This document shows positions 10,955 to 24,200 of a stretch of 64,000 bases of DNA, piece after piece (within the stretch, counting starts at the first letter, position 1; the number at the start of each line of letters is the position of its first letter). Location of the stretch: assembly GCA_044892525.1 (NCBI GenBank), contig CM097885.1, positions 53,260,001-53,324,000 of the forward strand, given 5' to 3'. Under the pieces are notes generated by a model. The model had not been told where the DNA came from. It worked only from the letters and a program-made list of their open reading frames with translations, and made no database searches. Source of the DNA: Schmidtea polychroa (taxonomy: Eukaryota). Position numbers and translations under genes: made by a program.

Positions 10955-13900
10955 TTAGCTTTTATAGAATTTGACTTATTTTAATAAATAAATTATATTA
11001 CCGTTGGACTTGTTTTTTTATCAGTCTTTGTAATTAAGATTACTTAACTAAATGATGAAGAATTATTAGGAAAAGCAATGTGATACATAACATCAGCGTA
11101 TGTCTCAACGATTGGTTGGCATAGCATATTTAATTGAAACTGTTTGACCAGATGAGTTTACAATGTATAATGGTGTAAACCGGATTGTGGAAGAACCATT
11201 TTAAAATATATGCTACAGTTCCTTTTAAGTTTAAACAATTTTCAGGATAAAATGGACGTCTAAAAAAATTGAATACCAACATTGGCCGGTTCACTCGAAT
11301 GGAAAGGTAATGTAATAATGTAATGTAAGAACTAAAATAGGATCCAACAGCGAAGAGAAAAACTACGAGGGATAAAGAAAAAGGAAGATTGCGAATCTGT
11401 AAGATTACTGACCAAAGAACCAGCAGATTGTCGTGGAAAAATCAACAATAATGTGATATAGACAACGATTCTTTAGAATTTGTCCGAAAGTTATGAGTTA
11501 AATACATATGATTATTGAATATTAAATACTTTTAATGGAGATATTTAAGAAATAGTCAAACGCGTAATTAGAAATAGTACCTTCTTAGACGTAAGTTATT
11601 TAAGAATCATACTAAAGAGTAAGGCTAATACCTAAAACTAAGCTGCATTAAGTTATCTCAAATTCCTAAAAGCGACTGGATTCTATAAGGAACATATAAA
11701 ATAATTCGGTGACGAGAATCGAATCAAACAAAACCTAATAGACAAATAAACCAAAATTTGTCAATTAAACATTTTTTTGAATAGTTTGAACGAACAGCTT
11801 GAACAATTGTCATATACGTCTCATGTAATATTATAACCAAAACGGTAGTGACAGCGTTCAATGGGTTTTTCCAATTATTTCTGGGTAATAGATAAATCCT
11901 CTTTGACATATAGTTTTACGGTAGTTAAAGAAAACTGAACAACCTTCCATTGGTAGCCACAAATCCTATTCGAGTCTTAAGCATTAAGGATATTGTAGAG
12001 AAGGCAAAATTATATTAAATTCGGAAATATCTGACTATGAATTTGATTAGTTTGTTCCACATTGGCAATGCCTCGAGTATTGTGTTGTGTGATACCTTCT
12101 ATAATTACATAGTTCATGTTTTCATTGGAAGTCCTTGAGTTTGGAAAGTCCTTATTATGGTTGGGGTTGTAGGACCGAATTATCTGAGTTACCTATATAT
12201 CATATTAGTGGAATAGATATTAATTATCCATTATCAATGGCAATAGCTCTATTAGGACTACTGGCCGGCCATTTCTTTCGAATGGAGATTAAGAAGTCAT
12301 AATTGGAGTTTTTTATTTTATTCTTATAAACGAATGTTGAGTTGTTCGATTTCACAGTGAAATTGACACGGTACGACGAACTCTAGTGTTGTGTATAAAT
12401 CAATTATGGTTAGTTTAAAACCAAAGATAGTTTCACCAACTACGTTGGACACCACGAAGTATTTTTAGTAGGATATACCACACTGTATACAGAGCGCAAC
12501 CAACCACCACTCCGGGTTATCTTGTGATTTTATTGCCTTGTCTTTGCAGGTTATGGACTTCATAGTAGAATAGCATAGATGCCGGGTTGGCTGGGATCTC
12601 TGCTAAAAGTTGTCAACAACGAAAGTCTCAGTCAATCCAGTCAGTCGATAAAAAAATTAAGCATGGTAACAGATATATTAAGAAAAGTTCCATCTTCATA
12701 CTGCAAGTCAGTAAAACTTCATACAAAAATGCGACCTACTAATAATGGTTGGTATACTACGTCGTTTATGGGTATTCTTCTTGTGGGCTTTGTGGACGTT
12801 TGCTCGTGCAGACGATAACGGAATGAACGTGCCATTCTTGCAACAGGTAAGTCAAGTATCGCCAAATGCTACGGGCAAGGGTAAAGTCGATATAGAGAGA
12901 TCGGGAATTACGACAAGCTTTTAGTTTGTTCGTAGTTGTAAGATCTCAATTCGCAACATTAAAAGTTCGTCACGCTAGTGGGCCGTGTGAGACATTTTTC
13001 ATTTTCTAATGTTACAAACTATTAGTGCATGCAGATTACAGAACTAACTTTACATCTAATCTACATTCTTTTATGATATAGGACACTAAGAGCCCCGTTC
13101 CTTTATGTCCAGTGCGATAAGGGTTACGAGCATTTAAAATACCTTAGACTCAAATTCCTAACAGACTACAATAGAAACATAGGAGTGATATCAATAATGT
13201 AAATCGAAGTCATAGGTCAGATCATCGAGCTTAAAATGAACAAAAATAAGGACAAATCACGGTCAAAACTTTCAAAAATCAATTTAAACTTTGGTTATAG
13301 GAAAATGGATACTTGAAATAAAGAACCATACCTTGCTCAAATTTTTTGAAAGTCAGTTTTAACCTGAAATTTAAGGAACCAGGCAAAAAAATAAAGGCCG
13401 TTTACCACTCGAAAGACTGAAAATTGAGTTTAGTTTTGTAAATGAAAATAAAGGTAGATATTCTGCCGAACGTCAGGTTAATTTCAACTACTAAAATGGG
13501 CAGATAAACGTATATAATCACGTAAGAATACACCTCTACCCCAAAACTGTCAAGGTGGTCTAGTTTCAGTTGACACTGGGTAGTAACACTAACATTATGT
13601 GTAAAAGCATCCACGATGAAATCCAACACCATTTATTATTATCATAATCAGTAGAATCGAATGGTGATGTAAAACTATTCCATATTTTCTCCGAGTGATC
13701 GTCGAGTGGTCATTTAGATGATAGAGCTAATAAACGAAATTCAAATTCCCCTCGCGACATGGCGCGACTGTATGGAAATCCATACGCGACCATCAACACA
13801 CGACGTGGATCGATAAGGTCACCATACGGCCGAAGAAGAGTGCACACATTTGGTACATAATACGTGGCACGCACATGTACAGGAAATGATCAAGTGTCAC

Positions 13901-14645
13901 GTAGTCGATCAAACCAACATAGCTGGAGATATACGCACAAACCCCAGGCACAATATTTGGGCTGTAACACGCACACCGACTTAAATGACCAATAAACCGG
14001 GAAATTGATCGAATGGAATTAATCAGTTAGACAGAGAAAATAAGATATTGGTATTATACAACTGTGTGTCGCTGCGAAAACGGACACGAAATTAAGGTCT
14101 TGATATTAAATGTGATCCAAATTTCAGATTTTAAAGTAAAACCAAATAATGTCTTGCAAGATATTTTTATTTTTATAAACATGTATTTGTCAGATAAAAT
14201 TCCGACCGAGTACTTGAATTTTTTAATAGAAAATCAGTCAAAATATCATTAACAGGAGTTTAATAAAAATATCTTACATTATATTCAAACCTTGAGAACG
14301 CAACTCAAACAGTAAAGGGCTCGGGATAATCAATCTCTTATTGATCAATATGTTGAGGTTTCAATATTTGAGATTCCAAACGTTGCACTGGTAACTATAT
14401 AGGTCTATCAAAATATATAAAAACAAAGTCGGGTTAGCAAATATTTATTTTGAAATATAAAATATTACCAATACAGAATTCTTCTAAAAAATGATTCCTC
14501 TGAAAAATGGTGCGTGTTATGAAGATGTTATATGTTATATATGCGTGTTGTGTATGCTCGCAAAGTTTTGAACGTTTTTGTAATTGTACTGTTCGAATTT
14601 AAAAACTAATAAGGATCTTCCTTTCTTAGTTTAAAGTATGAACGA

Positions 14646-16130
14646 TGTTAATAATAAAACACAATAATCTACAAATATATATTCAAATACAAATTATTGC
14701 CTAACTCTGGTATTATTAAAACACCCGATTTAAATGGCGAATTAATTAATTAAATAATAATGCTAATTATGCGTCCCAGTATTTATACTTATTATACTTT
14801 TACTATATAATAGTATTTGATACTTATTATACAATATATATTTTATTTATAAATTAATTATTTAAATATCAGTAACATCTCCTCTGTTTAAAAGGTTTTA
14901 GCCATTCAACGTTGCGAATTATAATTTTCCCATCTTTGTCTCGTAATTCATAACTATTTGCATGGATCTTTCTAACAATTACAAAAGGTATTGTATATCG
15001 GTCCTCCTCTTTTTCTCTCAAATCTACTTTAACTAAAACTTCTTCATTTATATCGAATTCTCGGTGTATTCGGTTCTCATTTTTATAATTTAAATTTCTT
15101 TGTTTTGATTGCACTTCCTCCACTATTTTACTTCTACCGTTGTATATTCTTTTATTATTGTTCCATTCTCTAGATATCCGAAAATCAAATACTGCTTCTG
15201 ATGGACTCTTTCCAGCTGTGCTTTGAATGGTACCATTTAAAGTAAACTCAATTTCAGGTAACACTTCAACCCAATTTCTCTTAAGTTTATCTCTTAATGA
15301 TATACTGATAAAATCTCGTATTGTTCGAAATTTTCTTTCAATCAAACCATTAGTGTTATGATGATAAGGGCTAGAAAATTGTAGCTGTATATTGTGATTC
15401 TTAGCCAACTCTTTTATCAAGTTAGACTCAAATGTTTTCCACAATCAACATAATTAATTCTCGGTGCCACGTATTTTAATATCCAGAATTTCACAATAGT
15501 ATCCGCTGTAGCTTTTTCGTCATGCTTTGCTACTGCTGTCAACGAAATGTATCGACTACACATATCTATAATTCCCAAAATATATTTCTTTCCATGAATG
15601 TTTGCCTGCAAAGGTCCACAAAAATCTATCGCTATAACCTCAAATGGTTCCGCCACTTGTGTTTTTACAATTATTTCTTTTGTTTTCGTTGTCAATTTTT
15701 TTCGTTTCTGGCATATTTCACAACTTTGAATATATTGAGTCGCGATTGTATTTAATTCCTCCATATCGTAATTAACTTTTATATAATCGATTACCTTCTT
15801 GCATCCAGTGTGACACAACATTTTGTGCATGTCTTTGACAAATTCTATTCTATTTACGTTTGGAATCCAAATTTTATTTTCTCTTGTTAAAATTAAATCT
15901 TCGTTGATTTTAAATCTTGTAGTCTCATTTTTATCAATTGATTTTCTCATATGTTCTGTCTCTTCATTACCTTTTTGCCATTGCAGTCCATGTTTAGTAG
16001 CTGTCATTGCCAACAATCTGGTTTTTACTTTCTCCGTCTTGGCATCTTTATGGATTTCCATACACTGTGTACATCTCCCACATTTATCTCTTGATAACGT
16101 CATTATTACCCATTAATTCATTGTTCCGAT
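14646..16130 (-). mobile_element. Degenerate Gypsy element 3' portion: end of RNase H, integrase, PPT and about 230-bp 3' LTR
   Basis: Integrase zinc-finger H..H..C..C (HKMLCH...CEICQ), IAIDFCGPL, SSPYHHNTNGLIER and RNVEWLKPFK, split by a frameshift near 15430. Purine tract AAACAGAGGAGA precedes TGTTACTG at 14877. The LTR end near 14646 is approximate. Confidence 0.8.
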
Positions 16131-16310
16131 CATCTCGCCCAACGATGGAGCTTCTTGGTTTGGGTAGTCTTCGTCTTGACATGAAATCTTTATCTGTTTT
16201 CCGCATAAATGTTGACCCGATATTTATTTGATCCTGCCCTGTAATATTTCGTAAGTTCGAAATTGTCAATGATTCTGGCCTTGTTATTTAACGAAAGATC
16301 AGGTGGTCGA

Positions 16311-17250
16311 TGTCTCAACACATTGGTTACCGCGAACAGAACTTCAGCTCGTTACGGCATCCCAACCAACACAAGTCAGTCGGTCTAGCAAGCCGGGGAA
16401 AAACAAACGCACCAGATAGCGAGCGCGAAACAATGCCCGATCTTAGGACATTTCAGTCGTGCCTTGGAAGGTACGGAAGAACCGACCCATATCTCTGTTA
16501 GTTAATGCATGATTGTGTATATGTAGAAATATATGTGTGTAGAGTCTCTTCTGTTGATTGCGTATCAAAAGTATCTCTTCGGCGTAATTATTAATTTGTA
16601 TAATATCTTCTTGGCATAATTGTTTACTCACAGTATCGCGAAGTGAATAATAAGAGTTATAGAGAAGGTTGCGGGTTTTTGATTCGTTAGAATATAGGAC
16701 AAGGGGACCTAAGTTAATGTCAGATACAGGCCTTTTATCACAGTCAGCTAAGCCATTGGAGGGCTTGCCAATTATAGTGTACAAGGGTACGCTCACTTTT
16801 CGCAAGTACTCACCCATTCGATAAAGTTCGATACAATGTTGATTACTAAACATGTGTCGAGTGGTAAAACAACCTTGTATACTGAGTTACGCTGAAAACA
16901 GCATGAAAGGGTAAAATGTGAATTACGTGTAATACCACTATATTTAAAAGGAGCAGCTAGAGAGGCCTAGCAACAAATTGACAAAAGGACTATCGCAAAT
17001 GACTGGAAAAGGCTGAAAGATGCCGAAAGAAGGTGATATAAAGCGAATAATGCGCCAGAAATTTAACAGTTGAGTGCGAAGGCCAGGTGAATAGGATAGT
17101 TATGTGCTAATGGAAGGGGAGAGTATTTAGTGAATTGTGCAGTAGCAATTAAGGGGAAAATTAGATACAATAAATAAGTGTAATGGTTCAATTACAGATA
17201 TTGGCGAAGACGACGTAAATGAAGTAAAATAGGTAAATGAGATGGACGAA
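16311..17250 (+). mobile_element. Decayed LTR plus leader plus gag remnant, related to the 955-3237 family
   Basis: TGTCTCAACACA start. Leader motif at 16862-16903 is shared with 3-43 and 5922-5963. Fragments IPLYLKGAARE and NDWKRLKDA parallel LPLYLADDAFN and TWKEVKEA of the intact gag. Confidence 0.5.
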
Positions 17251-17745
17251 AGTTTTATTAATAATGAAGAAATGGAATTGAAAAACAAAAATTTGCTAAA
17301 AATAACGGAGGCAGAAGATAAATTGTAGGAACCTTAAAAGTGAAATGATTAGTAAAATTAAAGTGAGGAAACCTATATTACTATATCAGATAAAGATATA
17401 AAGATATATAAAGATATTAAATGGATTGGTTAAAGAAATATTTCTAATGTTTGAAAATAAAATGGACGTAGATAATGAGTTAGGAAACATGGTGATTGAA
17501 ATGAAAAACAATTCCTAGTTTTGTGGAAAGATTTTTTGAAAATGATAATTTTTGTGATAGAGGTGATTCAGAAACTGATGAAAATGGAATTGAGAAATTT
17601 AAAAATATTCATGAGTTCAACTTATATAACATATTTTAGATATAATTACATTATCTCTTTAATCAGAAGTAAATGAATAGATAAGAATTTATATTTAAAT
17701 AAGAAAATAACACTAGATTTGACATATCATTATTTTTTAAATTTA

Positions 17746-17915
17746 CCCACTTTCCGTGATCGAATCGATCTGAAATTTTGAGAGCAAGCAGTGTTCTCGA
17801 CAACGAATCTACTTGCCAAATTTCAGCTCAATCCGATCAGGGAAAGTAGGTTAATGTGGCTTCATAAAATTTTCATGTCACATACAAACATACAAACATC
17901 AGCGAAGTTAATATA
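17746..17915. mobile_element. Short non-autonomous Helitron/Helentron-like (HINE/DINE-like) repeat
   Basis: An imperfect inverted repeat of about 35 bp (17746-17778 vs 17818-17852) is followed by a CATACAAA microsatellite and GCGAAGTTAATA. Confidence 0.4.
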
Positions 17916-18262
17916 GATAGAGAGAAACAAATAATGAATTCATTAATACGACTTATTTATACAATAATTAAAAATTATTTTTTAAATTGGATACAATTTA
18001 TCCAGTAATTAAAGATTATTTTTTAAAAATAAGTTAGATCATTTTTGTGAAAAGTATTCTTGAGATTTCTGTTGGAAATATTATAGAATCTAAATATTTA
18101 TCTATTCATTAAAATATTGTTAGGGTTTTATAAATATTTATTGTAATTTATAATAAATTTATTTATTATTAATTTTAGTTTTTAGATAAATAAAATTTGT
18201 TTAATCAAGTAGATTTAAAAGAATATTAAATGACATAGAACTTAATTTATACATGTTTGAAA

Positions 18263-21200
18263 ATGATTTTCAATTCAAAATTTTATAATATTGAATTACA
18301 TAGTCATATTGATGGATCATTCAAACCAAAAACGATTTTGGAAACAGGGAAAAGGAGAAATAAAATGTTGCCTTTTGAAACAGAGGAAGAAATAAGAACT
18401 TATCTCCGAAGTGACAAATATAAATCTTTGCGAGAATTTTTAGAACCGTTTGAATTAATTTTGCCAGTTTTTAAAGGTGATAAGGTGATAAATTATTTTT
18501 TATTTTGTTATTATTTTAATTTACAGTTATGTTATTTTTACATTATAATAATTATTACCTAATCTCCGTCTGGTTGATAGATTACTTAAAATTGAATAAA
18601 ACCAAAGGTCATCATTTCAATACTTGACAAATATTTATTGAAAATTACAATAACAAGTATTCTTTAGTATGCCAAGATTAAATTTCTTTTTTGGATGTTC
18701 AAAATTTTGGCAGTCACGGATCACGCTGGCAAGGAGCAAAATTAATTTTGTTCGCTTAAAAGAAATTTAAATAAATTTATTAATAATAATAAATTTAATT
18801 TTAAATTGAACGTTATAATAAATCAAGTTTAATTATAATAAAATATAAAAAAGGGGTTAGCCGATCATTAAGGTTTAAGACCTTTGACTAAGGTTTTGGT
18901 TCAAGTATGATGAAAGATATCAGCGATTCAAATTCTCCTGGTGTGTTTTATGTCATTTACATAATAATTTTTTGCGAATGTTTTTTCTTTAATGTTCAAT
19001 GTAAATATTGATTGAGTCAACTATAATTAACTGTGCTGTATGTGATTCTTATTTATATTGTTACATAATAATTATTATTATAAATAAAAATAGAAATAGA
19101 AATTTTTAAAATATAAAATCAAAAGAAAATATTGATTGGAAAATTGAAATGATTAGAGATTTTTCCATGAGATTATAAAAAAAACTTAATGAACATTGGA
19201 CATTTGATGATCCCAACTTAAAGGTTTTTATTTTTTGTTATTTTTAATAAACGTTATAAGAATTAGTTATTTGTTGTATTTTTATGGTAATTTATTAATT
19301 TTTTTAGTAGTTAATTACAAACATAACATTTGTACTCACCACACGCAATTTCCAGCAGTCCCAATACAAATTTTAAAGGTGGCTCTGCTGGGCTCTACAA
19401 ACTCTCCTACAACAATCAACCATAACAGCATAATAATAACAGTAACCACTAACATAACTATCAACATATTACAATATCTACTATTATAAAGTTACTATTG
19501 GCTTCAAGGGATGTTGATGCTTTTCTCAGAGCAATTTTTGTGAACTCAGTGTTGAGTAAATGTATTTTCTATATTTGGTCTTCTTTCTTGTCTGTTAGTG
19601 TCATGGAACCACTTTTCTCTATCCATTTCTTCCAAGAATGACATCTGTGTAGTGTCTTCCAATTCTACATCACTTTGAAAACATTAATCGTCATCTTTAT
19701 TATTCAATAACTTAAGAAATGCTTCGTCAATGTTTTCAGAGCACTGATCTACAAATTCTCCTTCATTTTCACCAACTGCTTCCAAAATATTGTTCAATAC
19801 TTCATGTAAGTTCATTACTGTATCTGGTATTTCAGATTCCTTGTGCCATTATATATTGTAATTGTTTAAAGTATGCGTGCAGAAGACAGGGACATGTAAA
19901 AGTGAGTGTCTACAGGTGTAGAGAAAGGTAGTCATTCGTTGTGCTTGTGGCACTGAAGGTCACATAAAAAGAAATTGCCAAAAAATAAGGTGCAAGAGAT
20001 GTAACTTGCAAGGTCATAAAGAGACAGATTGTTACACAAGTTTGAAAAGAATATAAGATATAAGAGAACTAATGAGAATTTTAGCGGGCAGCAAGAACGA
20101 TACTAAGAATGTAATGGTTTTCAATGAACGAGAGATAAGACAATACAAGCAAACAGAAGATAATTTGAATTCATAGACGAACCAATTGATGAAAGAATAA
20201 AAGATAAATACCGAGAATGCCCAAAAAGTCAACACTCCATTAGAAGAGAATATAGTATTGTATACAGCTACGTTGACTCCCAGAGTATCGATTATTATAG
20301 TAAAAGTAGAATATCATGTATATTAGATAAAGATGGGAAGGATTCAGAGCTAACGGAAGATGATAAGAATGTAATGTGGAAAGTAAACAGATTTATAAAG
20401 AAGGATTTTGCAAAAAGAAAAAGAGGAAAAAACAAATACTCACAATTGACGAATGGAAAATGACATTATCAGTTATGATAAAATTTAAGATCGGCCAATT
20501 GTGATTATTAGAACATCATGAGTTGGAATAAATTCGACAAACTTAAAGATATAAAACTAATGACTACGCTGGATACATTGAGATGTGCGAATAATAGTGT
20601 TTTAGAAACGAATGGGAAAGCAATATTATAAATGGAAATAAATGGCAGACAAGAACTGTAAAATATGACTCTAGAGATAATTGGTGGTATTAGAGTTGAA
20701 AAAATAATTTGGTATTCAACTAAAATGGCCAGTAGAATATGATGAGATAAGAAAGCAAGATCATTTATTTAGTATCGAACCGAAATTTGGGAAGACAATA
20801 ACAAAGATAAAACGGTTTCAAAAAGCAAAGAATACACTAAAGATAGATAATCAAGTATTACTTGACATTATAAAGAAGAATCAAAATGTCTTTGTGGCTG
20901 ATAAATAGGAACAACGTCAGGTCAATACTATTTCAATAGGATGCCATTTAGAATAGCAGCAGCGCCAGAGAAGTTCTAAGGACTAATGGGAAAAGTATTA
21001 ATGGGTTTGAGATAAGCAGTGGCATACCTAGACCAGGGGTCGGCAACCTGTGGCGCTTTTGATATAAAGTTGCAGCTCTTTCATACAAAATGTTAATAAT
21101 TTATTATCAAAACCCTCAAAAAATAAAAAAAATATTTTTTTAAGTATTTACCTAATTTCTCAATAACTTAATTTTCATAATCGTTAATTGCAAATCGCTA

Positions 21201-24200
21201 TGAGTAACTTGACCGTAATGAGATAAATTTGAACTATTATTTTGTTCTTAGAAATGAGGCTCCGTGACCATGTTTATCTTTCAGCCAATTGCATTCTATT
21301 TTCGTCTTACCCAAACAGCCACCATCTAGAGTGTAGACAAGATGTCTGAACTCTAGACGTGTTGTCAGTCAGTCATCCTTGAATAGCGAGATCAACATTA
21401 CGTTACACGTGTGTTAATTTAATCACTTGCAGTTTTTGAGTGTCTATTCGCTTGTTGCTTCAAGAAGAATATGATTATGAAGAATATGGTAAACAAATTG
21501 TTTGCTGTTTTAGATAGCTAAGTAAAATTTTAAAAAATCATTTTTTCCAACCCACCACACGGCATGGTATCTGATAGAAAAAAGAAAACCGAGAATTCAA
21601 AAGGGATTGGATGGACGGAGTCGTTTTCATTCATATGTAACACAGATGGTCTTTCAACTTGTCTCATTTGCCATGTAACAAATATGCAAATAGAAGACTT
21701 ACAACTGGGCTCTGCCTTATTACTTGCTATAAATGAGTTTTTGCTGCATAAAAGACACGGCATAAAATACTATTCGTCAGGTATATGTCGGTCAAGGTCC
21801 AAAATTTTGCCGCTCTCAGAGCAAACACGTGGAGAAGATATAGCAAATTTTGTGCAAGATGGCCTGGAAGACAATGGAATCGATATTAATAAGAGTTTTT
21901 TATAAAATGACCTGAACTTTAATATTTAAAAATAATTTTTAGTGTTTTTTATCGGGAAATAATATTTAATTTTTAACGAAAAAATCTTTTTTAAAAAAAA
22001 CCCCATCCTCCCTAAAGAAACAAAATTTTTATTGGGGAGGTCTCCAAAAAATAATTCCCAATCCAAATATCCACGAGACATACTCCTCAAGGTCATCTAG
22101 TTTTATTGATTTTATTATATAATTCATATTTCTTTTAATTGTGTTATTTATTTTAGTTTTTTTATTTGTAAATTTTATATTTTACTTCAACTAATTTTTT
22201 GGCGGCGATGGTGGATTTCGTCAGAAAAATCTATACACTGCCAAATGAATGTACACAGTCAAATTCCCGGAACAAAACGAAAAACATCCGGCTATATCCA
22301 CAAATATCATGATGAAAAATGAGCATATTATTTTGAATTAATTACGTATTGGTGTATTTTCTATGCAACTATGTATCTATTGGTGTTTCTATGCAACCAA
22401 AAATATCATGTTGCTATTGTGACTATGTTGTTCTACATATATCAGATTCAATTTGTAACTATTAGTCGTTAAAACATTCTTTATAATAGAAATAAAAGGT
22501 TTGTTAAAACACAAATCTAGTTGCTATTTTAATTGTTGTAATAACATAATGTTACTTGTATAATTTATTCTTAATTAATTATTGTGATCATTGAAATAAT
22601 AGTCTAAACTTTAGGCTATCATTTCAATGATTTTAAAAAATATTTTTAAACAATTAAAATAGCAACTTTAACGACTAATTGTTCCAAATTGAATCTGATA
22701 TATGTAGAACAACATAGTCATAATAGCCACATGATATTTTTGGTTGCATAGAAAATACACCAATACGTAATTAATTCAAAATTATATGCTCATTTTCATC
22801 ATGATATTTGTGGATATTTTCGTTTTGTTCCGTGAATTTGACTGTGTACATTCATTTGGCAGTGTATAGATTTTTCTGACGAAATCCACCATCGCCGCCA
22901 AAAAATTAGTTGTAGTTAAGTAAAATATAAAATTTATAAATAAAAAAACTAAAATAAATAACATAATTAAAAGAAATAGGAATGTAATGATCACATTTAA
23001 GGTTTATGAATATTCACCATTAACAAAATTTGAGTATATATTTTGTTATTGTTTGTGGAAATAAAGTCTTTAACATTATTTTTAATTTTTTAATAGGAAG
23101 CTATTTGGCAAATGTCATATGATTTTATTGAGCAATGTGCCGAATCCAAGATTTGCTATGTTGAAGGACGCTTATGTCCTTATATTTTAGCCGATTCAAA
23201 TATAGACTCTGATCTAGTTATTAAAACAATACTTGACGCTTTTTTGGTTGGTAAAAATTCTTTTAATGTGGAATCAAGATTAATCATTTGTGGGTTACGA
23301 GAGCAAGCTAACAATATGAATGAACTTCTTGACATTGCAAAACATTGGAAACCTCATGGTGTAGTTGGTATTGATATAGCTGGTCAGTAAAATGATAAAA
23401 AAAATTAATGAAAGAGAATGTTTAAAATTCAGGAGATGAACAATTATCAATAGAATCTGGAGGGACTCATGAAATATTGGTAAAGATTTTCAAAGAAGCT
23501 GAAAAATCTGGAATACATCGAACTGTACATGCTGGAGAAAACGGACCTTCTGCATCGATAGAAGAAGCAGTTTATGAAATGCACGCTGAAAGAATCGGCC
23601 ACGGTTATCGTGTCTTAGACGATTCACAGTTATATGAAGATCTGAAAAAGAAAAATATTCATTTTGAAGTAATTTTGAATTATTTTATAAAGATAAAAAT
23701 ATCTTTATCATTTGAATAATAATAGGTTCCAACTTTTTGAATGCAGAAAACTCCTATTTAAATCTAGAATTATCGAGGATTTCTATTGAGAATTTTAATT
23801 ATTTAGACATTCTTTATAAACATGAAATTTTATGAAAACATGAAATAAGTTATTTATTGGTAAATAGTAAATTTTTTAGGAAAAATAGAAATTATAATTG
23901 TGGAAATAATCATAAATAAGTCTACTCAAAGGCGTCTTTAGAAATTTGTCGCCCCTGTGCTATAAACTATAATGCGCCCCTAAAAAACAATTTTTACAAA
24001 AATATATTATGTTTATGAATAATATTACACATTATTGCATATACATATATTAAGTTATAAATTGTAATAAAAAATATATTCTTTTCACTTTTTATTTCAA
24101 AATTAATTCGTAAATGTGGATAACTAGATTATTACAAAATGTTCTTCTCAATTTTTTAAAGTTTTAAAACTTAAACAAAAATGTCAAAAAATAATAATTT

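Noticed and set aside
18850..18945. Possible tRNA or tRNA-derived SINE head
   Set aside because: Only weak A/B-box-like similarity, and no cloverleaf could be built.
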